A program made the position numbers and the translations under genes. Below are positions 10,803 to 20,748 of a DNA stretch of 64,000 nt, in pieces. The notes beneath the pieces were generated by a model. It did no database searches. It saw only the letters and a list, made by a program, of their open reading frames with translations, and was not told the DNA's origin. Location of the stretch: the NCBI GenBank assembly GCA_013166775.1, contig JABLTJ010000013.1:1-64000 (forward strand), written 5' to 3'. Within the stretch, counting starts at the first letter, position 1, and each line of letters starts with the position of its first letter. The DNA is from Promethearchaeati archaeon (GTDB taxonomy: Archaea > Asgardarchaeota > Heimdallarchaeia > Heimdallarchaeales > Heimdallarchaeaceae).

Positions 10803-10961
10803 AGGTGTTTCACCCCATTGAATCTACTCATTTTATCTATTTAAAACAACTGGTAGATTAGTCCGCAATTTCATCAAAATCATTCTCTAATTTACACTAA
10901 CAAAAGACAAGCGTAATATTGATTTTAGTAAAAAAAGATTAAAAGGTAGAGAATAAGTATT

Positions 10962-11918
10962 CTATTTTTTCTTTCTAAGGAATACGATTGTTATCCCAAT
11001 AGCAACTAAGCTAATAATTGCGCCAAAGAATGGAAATGGTATTGAACTAGCTTTAATTTCGATTTCATAAGGTGATAACTCAAATTGAGAATCAGAACTT
11101 GTATCTTTTTCTATCGATCTTATTAATAAACCGGTTTTAGATTCATAATACACTTCAATCTCGTCAACGTCATCCATTAAGAAAGCAAAGGTATTATCAT
11201 ATCTTACATGGAGAATATCATAGCTATTACCATTTGTTAACAGACTTCCTTCAGCTTCAACTAGACCATTAGTTGGTACGTATCGAATTGTATCTCCTAC
11301 ATTTGCATCTGGATTGATTGCAAAAGGAGTATATTTATGGTAATCTAAAAGATCATCATTGAAATATATAAAAAACAGAAGGTAGTACAGAACATCAATA
11401 TATATTGGACTTAAAGAATCCACATCTCCAAAAATATATGATGAGCCATCAATTGTTATTTTTGTATTATTCTGTTCCATCATTTCTCCTATAGTATCAA
11501 GGTAAATTACTGAAATCTCTAATGAAAAGGAAGCATTACTTGCAAGGATTCTTGCAGCAGGCAGAAATGTAGTTCTGTTATGTTCAAAAATCAAACTTGT
11601 GTAGGAAAATGTAGTTATATCCTCCAGTCCTAGAGGATTTTCTTGACCAGTAGCAACTTCCATTGTTGTAGTTATCTGAACAAAAGTGAATGTAGTTCCA
11701 ACATCATCAAAGATTTTATCTATATTAATGGTTATATCTGCTAATTCAAGATCAAAGACTGAAGTATTTGAATAGAGATATTTTCCTTTAACATAACTAT
11801 CGGCTTTTAAAGAGAGTTGATTAGATACCACAACTGCTTGAGAAAAAGCGGAGAAATTCATTGAAGCTATGAGTAGACCTAGTATGAAAACTGTAGAAAT
11901 TTTTACTCTTTTATTCAT
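10962..11918 (-). CDS. Secreted surface protein with C-terminal TM anchor (paralog of 11995..12984)
   Basis: Signal peptide, YYESKTGLLIR motif, P-F-TM-RKKK tail. Confidence 0.7.
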   Translation of the reverse strand: MNKRVKISTVFILGLLIASMNFSAFSQAVVVSNQLSLKADSYVKGKYLYSNTSVFDLELADITINIDKIFDDVGTTFTFVQITTTMEVATGQENPLGLEDITTFSYTSLIFEHNRTTFLPAARILASNASFSLEISVIYLDTIGEMMEQNNTKITIDGSSYIFGDVDSLSPIYIDVLYYLLFFIYFNDDLLDYHKYTPFAINPDANVGDTIRYVPTNGLVEAEGSLLTNGNSYDILHVRYDNTFAFLMDDVDEIEVYYESKTGLLIRSIEKDTSSDSQFELSPYEIEIKASSIPFPFFGAIISLVAIGITIVFLRKKK

Positions 11919-11994
11919 GGTGAAATATTATTATTAGAATCAAATAAATTAATATTTTGTAAGTTCAAGAAAAATATAAAGAAAAAAAAGGAAT

Positions 11995-12984
11995 TTACTT
12001 CCTCTTTCTTATGTATAAAACAAGGATTCCTACAGTAACTAAGCTTACTATAATACCCAATGTTGAGTAAGGGGTGAAACCGATTCCTCCTATATTTACA
12101 GTTCCAGGAACGAATTCGTATTGTTCGATACCGTCTTTCTCTATCATTCGTATAAGTAAACCTGTACTCGCTTCATAATATGCATGTACTTCAGGAGCAT
12201 CCCAGAAACTAAAAACAGAGTTATATTCATATTTCACATGAATAGTATCATATGAATCTCCATCAGATGTTGTTACTGCTGGTTTGTCGATAACTTCACC
12301 TAAATCTAGTGAATTCGCATCTGCATTATAGTAGTTAATGTTATCACCAACATTAGCAGTAGGAGAAATTCCTAAAAGAGTGTATGTCCAAAGTTCAGCG
12401 AGTCCAAAGTTTAGTAGCAAGTAGATAAACATTAGTCCTCCTAATTCGTCAGCTAATGAAACTGTATCTGCATAATCTCCCCAGATATACGATGATCCAT
12501 TTGCAAATGTAATCTTTGTATTGTTAAAATTGAATAAATCGTCTGCTGTTGTATAATCTAAGAGAGATATTTCATAATTATCAGTAGTGTTTCCAAAATA
12601 CAATCTTGCAGCTGGTAGGATTGTGGTTCTATTATCTGCCAAAATTAACTGTGTCATTTCAAAATCATCTATTTCACCCATATCTAAGGGATCAGTACCT
12701 GTTGCTGGAATTTCAAGTTCATATTTGATCTGAACAACATCTAAACTAACATCTGTTAGAGTGAAGATATCTTCAACAATGAGAGAAGGATAGCTCATAA
12801 GTTCATCTGTAACTGAAGCATTTGTGTATAGGAGTTTTCCTTCGACTGAATTTCCAACTTTTAGCTCTAATTTATCTGAAGTTACGATTGCTTTCGATAA
12901 GTCAGCAGCTATAATTGAAGATACTAAGAATCCCATAATAAAAATTCCTAAAAATACATTTTTTCTATTCATAGTAAGTACCAA
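11995..12984 (-). CDS. Secreted surface protein with C-terminal TM anchor (paralog of 10962..11918)
   Basis: Shares NRTTxLPAAR, NNTKIT, ANVGD, SYDxxHV and TGLLIRxIEKD with its neighbour; likely start MNRKN. Confidence 0.7.
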   Translation of the reverse strand: MVLTMNRKNVFLGIFIMGFLVSSIIAADLSKAIVTSDKLELKVGNSVEGKLLYTNASVTDELMSYPSLIVEDIFTLTDVSLDVVQIKYELEIPATGTDPLDMGEIDDFEMTQLILADNRTTILPAARLYFGNTTDNYEISLLDYTTADDLFNFNNTKITFANGSSYIWGDYADTVSLADELGGLMFIYLLLNFGLAELWTYTLLGISPTANVGDNINYYNADANSLDLGEVIDKPAVTTSDGDSYDTIHVKYEYNSVFSFWDAPEVHAYYEASTGLLIRMIEKDGIEQYEFVPGTVNIGGIGFTPYSTLGIIVSLVTVGILVLYIRKRK

Positions 12985-13132
12985 TATTGATTTTCCATTT
13001 TATGAATGTTTTCATATTCTTGTTATTCTGACTAAAATATCGTTGAGAATTCAATAAATAATTAGTGAATATGAAATAATATATATTATAGAGATAATGA
13101 AATTGAAAATAACAAATTATTTCATCTTGGAT

Positions 13133-13966
13133 CTATTTTTTAACAATTTTGGTTTTTTTCAAATAAATTTCAAGTTGTTCATAGTTCTGTGATACATCCA
13201 TATCCAAACCAAATCCTAAATCTTCAATAATTACCGTCCCCATTTTCATTTTGAAAGCTCTTTCCAGTGCGATCACTGCATCTTTTAATTTAGCGAATCT
13301 CAAAACTAATTTCACCATTTTTGGCCAAGTAGAAGGTTTTTTGAAAACATACCAAGCTACTGCCCAGAAAGATCGTTTTCTTCTTAACCTGTTGATGTCT
13401 GATATTATCTTCTGTCCATCTATTATACCTTTAACACTTAAAGCATAAAGTTCTCCGGGAAATATTTTGTGATCTCTAAAAGATCCAACTACTCTCCCTG
13501 CTTCTGGAAATTCTTTTAATGATAATTCATATGGTACAAGGGATTGTATAAAATCATAATCTTCCATTTCTGAAATAGCAACTAGAAATTCATCAATCCT
13601 TTCAACTGTTATAGCCGGTGTGTCTGCTGAGCAAATCACAAATTGATTGAAATTCTTACCTTTATCTTTTAAATATTCTAAACCAATAAGCAGTTTTTCG
13701 TTAAAATCAGCAAAAAAGTCTACAGGTATATATTCCACTTCTGACCCAAAATCAATATCATCTCTTGAAACTCCAAGTGCATAAATTCCTTCAATCTTTT
13801 TGGATTTAACAAGCTCTTCTACTACCCACTGAATTACTGGTTTTCCTAATATAGGAAGTAAGCATTTGGCCTTGTATTTCTCTTCAGGATCAAGAACTTG
13901 CATTATTTCTCTTCGAATATCTTTATCCCTCCCAGACATTAGAAAGATAGGAAACTGTTTTGTCAT
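13133..13966 (-). CDS. MobA-like NTP-transferase (copy 1 of 3)
   Basis: SGRD...KCLLPILGKPVI.WV, SADTP, C-terminal LDMD. Confidence 0.8.
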   Translation of the reverse strand: MTKQFPIFLMSGRDKDIRREIMQVLDPEEKYKAKCLLPILGKPVIQWVVEELVKSKKIEGIYALGVSRDDIDFGSEVEYIPVDFFADFNEKLLIGLEYLKDKGKNFNQFVICSADTPAITVERIDEFLVAISEMEDYDFIQSLVPYELSLKEFPEAGRVVGSFRDHKIFPGELYALSVKGIIDGQKIISDINRLRRKRSFWAVAWYVFKKPSTWPKMVKLVLRFAKLKDAVIALERAFKMKMGTVIIEDLGFGLDMDVSQNYEQLEIYLKKTKIVKK

Positions 13967-14060
13967 TCACATGTCACCAGTTACGGAAAACTTCCTACTT
14001 TAAAAATTCTTTCCAGAAACATAGCAACAATTATATGCAAATGAGTTTCTACAGTCCTTG

Positions 14061-14741
14061 ATGCTTCCAGGGACATTGTCTTTGATATTCTTCGTAATAG
14101 AATTCGTCATTCTAATAGTTGTAATAATATTCAATAGGGATCATCCTTTCTTCTAGTCTATTGTTGGTTTATTAGGATTGCTTCAATTATATCAGCTATC
14201 AGAATGGTTAATTTGTATAGGAGTTAATGAAAATATTACTGGAAGAATAGCTTATGTAATAATTACTTTTCTACCTCCTTTGGGTTATTATCTGAGCACC
14301 AGAATTGTTCAATGGAAGTTTCCTGATTATTGGATAGGTTTTGCTGCTACTACAGCTTTTTCGCTCTATTATCTTATAATCCCCAATTCTGTGAATCTTA
14401 TTGATTGTAATCCTCTTTATGCAATCTATAAGCATAACTTATCCATTTATTATGGCATTTACTACATTGGCATATTAGCTTACAGCATTTTGTTTCTGGT
14501 AGCTCATACTATTTGGAAAAAGGAGAAAATAGAGAGAAAATTGAGTATCCTGCTGCTTGTAGGATATCTATCATTTTTAGTTCCCATGTATCTAATGGTT
14601 CTGATTGATTCTTCGTTTATCAACACAGTTACAAGTATAATGTGTAAATATGCTTTACTTCTTGCAGTAACTTTAGGTGTATTTTCTTTTATTAAACCAA
14701 AAAATAAGCAATTAAAGCTAAATGTCAAGACTACTGATTAA
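14061..14741 (+). pseudogene. Multi-TM membrane protein (7TM sensor-like) interrupted by an in-frame TAG at 14154-14156
   Basis: ATG at 14061 reads MLPGTLSLIFFVIEFVILIVVIIFNRDHPFF*SIVGLLG, in frame with the 14178..14741 ORF. Confidence 0.6.
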
Positions 14742-14768
14742 ATTATTCTGAGATAGTTTTTAGCTCAT

Positions 14769-15602
14769 TTATGTGATTTCAATATTATGAATTTTGGCTA
14801 CATATTGTCTGATTTTATCATAATCTTCTGGAAGATCCATATCCATAGCTAAACCAGGATCTTCTATTACTACGCAATCGGCTTTTATTTTAAATGCTCG
14901 AGAAACAGCTATAGCTGCATCTTTCAGCGTCCCTATTTTAAGAACAATTTTGATAATTTTAGACCAAGAACTAGGACGTTTAGCAACCAACCACAAAGTT
15001 CTCCAAAAAGATTTTTTATTTCTAAGTTCTGGATCAGTAAAACTATCTATCACATCCTGTAGCTCATTAATTACCCTAGGACTGAAATAAGCAATTTCAC
15101 CTTGGAGTATATTTATATCTTTGAATCTTCCCACTCCCCTTTTATGATTAGGGATTACAGCTGCTAATATTTCCTCTGGAACTCCACCAATAACAAAATC
15201 ATACCCTTTCCTCTCATGAACAGCTTCGATGAATTGATCAATGGCTTCAGCTTGAATTCCTGGACAATCACCGCTACAGAATATTAATTTGTCTGTTAAT
15301 TTCCCTGCTTTAGTAATATAATCCAAACCAGCTTTATACTTTTGGCTAATTCGAGAACATGGATCTACAGGTATGAAATGAACAGGATCATTTATTTTTA
15401 CATCCTTTTCTGTCAAACCTAAGATGTAAACATCGTCTACATATTTCGATTTTAGGAATGCCTCAACTACCCATTCTATTACAGTTTTTCCTAAAAATGG
15501 CAATGCAACTTTGGAGGTATATTTTCCATTTGGATCAAGTGCTTTCAATAAATCTCTTCTTTCCAAATCTCTTCCAGCTAGTAATAGAATAGGATATTTC
15601 AT
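14769..15602 (-). CDS. MobA-like NTP-transferase (copy 2 of 3)
   Basis: LLAGRD...KVALPFLGK, SGDCP, MDMDLPEDY. Confidence 0.8.
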   Translation of the reverse strand: MKYPILLLAGRDLERRDLLKALDPNGKYTSKVALPFLGKTVIEWVVEAFLKSKYVDDVYILGLTEKDVKINDPVHFIPVDPCSRISQKYKAGLDYITKAGKLTDKLIFCSGDCPGIQAEAIDQFIEAVHERKGYDFVIGGVPEEILAAVIPNHKRGVGRFKDINILQGEIAYFSPRVINELQDVIDSFTDPELRNKKSFWRTLWLVAKRPSSWSKIIKIVLKIGTLKDAAIAVSRAFKIKADCVVIEDPGLAMDMDLPEDYDKIRQYVAKIHNIEIT

Positions 15603-15667
15603 AACGTTATACTAATTTAAGATTATATTATTTAAAGCATTCCAGTGCAACTATAGCAATTTCAGGT

Positions 15668-16543
15668 TTACTTAACACCGGGAATATAGGGAATATTCTT
15701 TGTTTTACTTACATATCTCTTTAGTTTTTCATAATCTTCAGGAAGATCCATGTCCATTCCAAAAGCTGCATCAGAGATAATAACAGCCTTAGCAGTTACT
15801 TTAGCCATTCTAGAAACTAGCTTTTCTGCTCCTGCTAAAGAAAGCCTCCCCATTATGAATTTTAAAATCAAAAACCAAGTACTAGGACGCTTTAAAACAA
15901 GTTTAACAATTGGTGTGACAGCACTCATTTTCTTTGTTCGTTTGTTTATTTTTATTTTTCTTCGCCTACTACCTATTTCACTAATTATGTTATTTCTTTG
16001 CACTATCCCATATTCACTCATTGCGAAAAGTTCTCCTGGAAAAACATGTATATCAGAAAGTTTACCTACAACTCTCTGATGGTTAGGAAATACTTTCTTT
16101 GTAACATCATCAGGAACTACTGATTGAACATAATCATAGTGTTGCAAATCCTCTATTGCTTCAAAGAATTGATTTATTCCTTCAACTGTAATTCCAGGTG
16201 TATCTGATGAGGAAACTACAATGAATGTGTTATCTTTTCCTACAGAACGCAGATATTTAATTCCTGCTAATAATTTTTCTGCATACGTTGAAGCTGTTGG
16301 AACATCAACATAGTGTACAGGATAATCAAATTTTGCCATGTCTTCAGTTATTCCTAGAAGATACAAATCCTCTACATGTGGACTCTTACGTAATTCTTCT
16401 AGCTGCCAATCCATTACTCTTTTTCCAAGAAAAGGTAGAAGAGCTTTGGTGTTGTATTTACTATCTGGATCTAGTTCCACTATCAATTTTCGCTTTTCAT
16501 AATCTCTTCCACAGAACACAAACACAGGATATTTCGTAACCAA
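15668..16543 (-). CDS. MobA-like NTP-transferase (copy 3 of 3)
   Basis: CGRD...KALLPFLGK, SSDTP, MDMDLPEDY; start set at TTG 16543 by alignment with the paralogs (ORF track starts at 16609). Confidence 0.8.
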   Translation of the reverse strand: MVTKYPVFVFCGRDYEKRKLIVELDPDSKYNTKALLPFLGKRVMDWQLEELRKSPHVEDLYLLGITEDMAKFDYPVHYVDVPTASTYAEKLLAGIKYLRSVGKDNTFIVVSSSDTPGITVEGINQFFEAIEDLQHYDYVQSVVPDDVTKKVFPNHQRVVGKLSDIHVFPGELFAMSEYGIVQRNNIISEIGSRRRKIKINKRTKKMSAVTPIVKLVLKRPSTWFLILKFIMGRLSLAGAEKLVSRMAKVTAKAVIISDAAFGMDMDLPEDYEKLKRYVSKTKNIPYIPGVK

Positions 16544-16677
16544 ATTGATAACCAAATTTAAGAAAATCTCATCATTTAAAAAATATTGGTTGCGATTATC
16601 ACTTTCCACAGAGGAGGGAATATGAGATTGTACATATGTTTAAATATCCTCTAGACGTGTGTTTGTTTGCAGATATT

Positions 16678-16682
16678 GGTGA
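16678..16682 (+). promoter_or_regulatory. Archaeal Shine-Dalgarno GGTGA (same motif precedes herA and mre11 on the minus strand)
   Basis: GGTGATTAAATG directly before ORF 16687. Confidence 0.55.
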
Positions 16683-16686
16683 TTAA

Positions 16687-17166
16687 ATGGCCTTAAAAGA
16701 TGGTGATGTTTTAAAATGGTACCTCAAGGGAGTACAAAAAAGTGCAGAAATTCGTAAAAAAGAGATAGTGGAATTCAAAAAATGGAAAAAAAAGAAACTT
16801 CCAGAAGGTATCAAGTATAAGAAGAAGAAATATCCTGAAGTAGAAAAATGGAAGGAAGAAAAATTAGCAACTTGTGAAACCAACGAAAGAAAAGGGATAT
16901 GTAGAGGATTTGTTTTCATGGTTTATGGGCTTAAGTATGCTCTTGAAAGAGTGAAAAATGCCATTGCAGTTGCTTATGTTTGGGTTATATTCTCGATAGG
17001 ATTTGTTAAGAATTGGTTAGCCGATGCTTTTAGAATGGGTTGGCTACTAGGAGTTTTCATAATCTGTGCAGTTCTTCTATGGATTTGGAAACCTTTGCGT
17101 CCAGCACATAAAGAGCAACCAGCAGTTAGTACGACACCTGCAAGTACAACACAACAACAATATTAA
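16687..17166 (+). CDS. Hypothetical Lys-rich membrane protein
   Basis: GGTGA SD just upstream; very basic N-terminal half, 2-3 hydrophobic segments, T/Q-rich tail. Confidence 0.6.
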   Translation: MALKDGDVLKWYLKGVQKSAEIRKKEIVEFKKWKKKKLPEGIKYKKKKYPEVEKWKEEKLATCETNERKGICRGFVFMVYGLKYALERVKNAIAVAYVWVIFSIGFVKNWLADAFRMGWLLGVFIICAVLLWIWKPLRPAHKEQPAVSTTPASTTQQQY

Positions 17167-17220
17167 CCTCTTTGAAGGAAAGCATGAACTCTAATCTTAT
17201 TCAGATATTTCTTTTCTTTT

Positions 17221-17973
17221 TCACTTCTTTTTTCCAACAGATGCCAAGTAAATTACAAATTCTTCTTCACCATCTAAACGCATAAGTTCATTGAATTGAT
17301 CGTCGTGAAATGCACCTACAGCACAGACTCCAACGTTAATATTCTCTGCAGCAATGTAGAGATTTTGACATACATGTCCAGCATCAATATGCAGGTATCT
17401 ATATCCTCTCTCCACATAACGCCAACACATTCTATAAGGAACAGCGACCCAGATAAATGTAACTGCATCGTTTTTCACCATCTTTTGATCATAAGCTGCT
17501 TCAACAATTTTATCAGCAATACCTTCTTCCAAAACATATTCAACCAATTTATGTTCAAGTGCAACGTATCTGTAAATTCCTACCTCTAAAGTTTCAACAT
17601 TGTTTACAAGCAGAAATGTCTCAAAAGCATGTCTAGCTCCTGCAGAGGGCACTGTTCTCAAGGTAGCTGATTCTTGATAAACTTCTTTTACACCTTGAGT
17701 ACACCATAATAACCATGAAAGCTCTTCTAATGTTAACTTATTAACAGAATAGGTTCTAACGCTTCTTCTTTCTTCAATTGCTTTTCTAAGAGGATAATCT
17801 TTAATATCCAATTCTTGAGGTTCAGGTAATTTGAAACTTCTCATTTTGTGTGCATATTCAAGCTCTAATGGAGGTTGAGGAAGTCCAGTTATTTGATCTG
17901 AAGTAGAAGTATGTACATATGTAGTTTTTTTCATGAATTCTTTTCCAATATGATTTTTTTTCAATTTAGACAC
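17221..17973 (-). CDS. SagB/ThcOx-family nitroreductase-like dehydrogenase
   Basis: RRSVR, LS.LLW..QG, RTVPSAGARH, RY..RGYRY...DAGH..QN. Confidence 0.88.
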   Translation of the reverse strand: MSKLKKNHIGKEFMKKTTYVHTSTSDQITGLPQPPLELEYAHKMRSFKLPEPQELDIKDYPLRKAIEERRSVRTYSVNKLTLEELSWLLWCTQGVKEVYQESATLRTVPSAGARHAFETFLLVNNVETLEVGIYRYVALEHKLVEYVLEEGIADKIVEAAYDQKMVKNDAVTFIWVAVPYRMCWRYVERGYRYLHIDAGHVCQNLYIAAENINVGVCAVGAFHDDQFNELMRLDGEEEFVIYLASVGKKK

Positions 17974-18093
17974 CTTCTAAAATAAATTGAATCGGGTATT
18001 ATTAATTTTAACCCATAAAATGTTAAAATTAAGATCAATTGATGTAATTCGCAAAGAAAAAAGATATAATGAGAACAAAACATAATTAAGCTA

Positions 18094-19800
18094 TTGATAG
18101 CTAATACAAATTATTCTGAAATTTCCACTAGAAAGTATCTGTGCGAAAAAAGATTGAATGATATATTATTCCTTATTCCTATATTTTTTTCCGGAATCGC
18201 TTATTTTTTTATACCTTTTATTTGGATAGCTAAGTTAGAAATAAAGAATACTTTTGTAAACAAAGAGGATTTAATTGCTAATTTGGGGATTATACAAAAT
18301 GAAACAAATATAATGCTAGGCATTATGAAAGACATGGAGTTCCAACTAGGAATATTAGTTCTAAGTGGTTTGATTATACTTATTTCAATAATTTTAGCTA
18401 GATTTCATCCAAGAAAAACAGGTTTATTTTTGATCATATTTTCAATCTTAAGGATTGATGAATTTATACGTTTTCAAGCTCAAATACAATACTCTTCTCA
18501 TGGTGCAGGATCTGCAATTATGTTTCTTAGAGCAGCAATAATGTATAATTTGGAAATAAATCCAACTTATCTTATTCTTCAATTTTTTATTCACTTAAGT
18601 TTAGTTTTTGCAGGATTATTTCTTCTATTTCTCCCACTTTCAAAATTTCGTAAAGAATTTACCAAATCTAATAATCTTGAGAAAATCATGAAAACACCAA
18701 AAGAGAAATTCATCTCGAGAGTTACAACATTTTTCCCTTTTTTTGCCATCTTTTCAATTAGTTTGTTAGGAATGCTCATAGCTGCTAATCTACAACTTTT
18801 AACTCTTAACTGGGAAGCTTCTTTATTTATAATTTATTTAGTCTTCATAATTCTTTTAATTATTTTTTTTATGGGGATTATTTTTCTATTAAATAAGATA
18901 ATAGAACCAATTTATCCTCAGAATAAATCTAGAAAAATTACGGAATACATTATTTCAGCATCATTTTTTATTCTATTATCTGTTTTCATCATTTTTTTTT
19001 GGGCAGATCAGTTTGATACAATTTCTTTAACATTAAATTATATTCTTGTGAATATTTTTGGAAAGACAGGAATAAATCCGGAAAGAAAGCTTGTATTGAG
19101 CTCATTAAATTATCTCTTTGTTTTCATTATTCCTTTATTACTAACATCTCTTGTATTGTATTTTCTAATGAAGAGAAAGATAAAAATTGAGAAAAAAGCA
19201 AAGCAAGATTCAGACTTTATAGATTTTATAACAAAAACTAAGAAAAGTCACATTTTGACTCTTTTCTTGCTCTTGATAGTTTTTGGGTTACCCTCGAATC
19301 TCATACTTCAAGGTTCAAATATTTTCTCCAGTTTAACAATAACAAATACTTCTGCTTCAGATTCATTTGGACTAAAATGGAATAGTAGTAATATAATACA
19401 GATTCTCGATCTGGAGGTCTTCTCTAATTCCTCTTTTTTTATCAACATTAATTTCACTCATAGTTATCACAATATCCCTTTATTCATGAGACAGGATTTT
19501 ATTTTTGTGAACCAAATTATAGTTGACAGTGATTACAATGATTTTTTTGATTCATGTTGGAATTTCTCTTATTTGGAAATAGTTCCAGCAGAAACCACTT
19601 ATGAATACAATATTGGGAATGATACTCGTGGATATAATTTTTATCTAAAAAACTCAGGGGAATATTTGTTAACTGGAACATTTAATGAAAGTGTTGTCAT
19701 AGGCCAAAAACTGAATGTTTTTTTGTCTTTTGAACAATATTCTGAAGTGAATGAAATCATAGTACTTTCAAATATTCAGAATACTACTATTGAACTCTAG
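18094..19800 (+). CDS. Hypothetical polytopic membrane protein with C-terminal extracellular domain
   Basis: About 9-10 hydrophobic segments, very AT-rich; start uncertain. Confidence 0.55.
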   Translation: MIANTNYSEISTRKYLCEKRLNDILFLIPIFFSGIAYFFIPFIWIAKLEIKNTFVNKEDLIANLGIIQNETNIMLGIMKDMEFQLGILVLSGLIILISIILARFHPRKTGLFLIIFSILRIDEFIRFQAQIQYSSHGAGSAIMFLRAAIMYNLEINPTYLILQFFIHLSLVFAGLFLLFLPLSKFRKEFTKSNNLEKIMKTPKEKFISRVTTFFPFFAIFSISLLGMLIAANLQLLTLNWEASLFIIYLVFIILLIIFFMGIIFLLNKIIEPIYPQNKSRKITEYIISASFFILLSVFIIFFWADQFDTISLTLNYILVNIFGKTGINPERKLVLSSLNYLFVFIIPLLLTSLVLYFLMKRKIKIEKKAKQDSDFIDFITKTKKSHILTLFLLLIVFGLPSNLILQGSNIFSSLTITNTSASDSFGLKWNSSNIIQILDLEVFSNSSFFININFTHSYHNIPLFMRQDFIFVNQIIVDSDYNDFFDSCWNFSYLEIVPAETTYEYNIGNDTRGYNFYLKNSGEYLLTGTFNESVVIGQKLNVFLSFEQYSEVNEIIVLSNIQNTTIEL

Positions 19801-19803
19801 ATT

Positions 19804-20649
19804 TTAGTTTCTTTTAGTAAATGAAGCTACTATCATACCATAATATGTTGGGCATTCATAGATACAAAGATTATTTCTTAAATTCGTTTCTTCAAGAATT
19901 CCTTGTAGAATCAACATCTGCCACACACTATCAGGTTTTGCATGATCAACGAATACTTCAGTGAAATCCAATAATTTGTGTAGTTCATCTCTTTGAATCA
20001 TTTGGTATACTTTGTCATCGAAAATTTTTGAAGCTGTATCATAGCCATAAGGCCCTTCTTCATCATGTGCATGCCCATGATCTGCGCTAGCAATAAAAAC
20101 TACCTCTTTGTTTTCGCTAATGCTCAGTTGGTTGATTATTCTTCCTACCTCGATTAAATTTTCCCAAGGAATTTCTCTAGAAGGAGTTATGAGAACCATT
20201 GGAGGAATTTCTAGTTTGTTCTTTGTATAAATTTGGTTTATGAACCACATTGGAATAAAAGTTCCCCAATCCATTATCATTGCTGAAAATTCTCCATCTG
20301 CAGCCCCATAATTCACTGAAACAACGGGAAGGTCAGCTTGTTTTATGTTTTTATAAAGTGTTAATCCAAACTCTCTTTCACATGAGAATTTCAGTTCCAC
20401 TGATTTGGTTTTATCTTCATTCCACCATGTTCCTTGGCACCATTCAGTTGTAATTACGCCTATTTGTCCATCAATTCTTAGATTATGTGGAGATGATATG
20501 ACTATAATATCTGGTTTACAAGCGAATATTTCTTTGGCTACATCTTCCATTCCTTTAATCAATTTCTTCCAGTCTTGTCCAGTATTTGGATATAACTCAG
20601 GTATAAGATCAAATCCATGAGGTAGGATTGCTGAATAATTTATAGGCAT
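19804..20649 (-). CDS. LigB/Memo-like class III extradiol dioxygenase-fold protein
   Basis: LPHG, PD.IVISSPH, ASADHGH, YE.PTYYG. Confidence 0.8.
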   Translation of the reverse strand: MPINYSAILPHGFDLIPELYPNTGQDWKKLIKGMEDVAKEIFACKPDIIVISSPHNLRIDGQIGVITTEWCQGTWWNEDKTKSVELKFSCEREFGLTLYKNIKQADLPVVSVNYGAADGEFSAMIMDWGTFIPMWFINQIYTKNKLEIPPMVLITPSREIPWENLIEVGRIINQLSISENKEVVFIASADHGHAHDEEGPYGYDTASKIFDDKVYQMIQRDELHKLLDFTEVFVDHAKPDSVWQMLILQGILEETNLRNNLCIYECPTYYGMIVASFTKRN

Positions 20650-20748
20650 AATTAGACATTCGAGTTGTATTTTTTTAGTCTTTCCTATAAATCTGATAAA
20701 TTCAAAGTCACAAGAGATAAAGATAAAAAATCGTTTTAGAATTGGATA

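Noticed and set aside
17221-17973. SagB-like dehydrogenase as part of a thiazole/oxazole RiPP cluster
   Set aside because: No YcaO, E1-like protein or Cys/Ser-rich precursor is nearby; stand-alone SagB-like genes are common in archaea.
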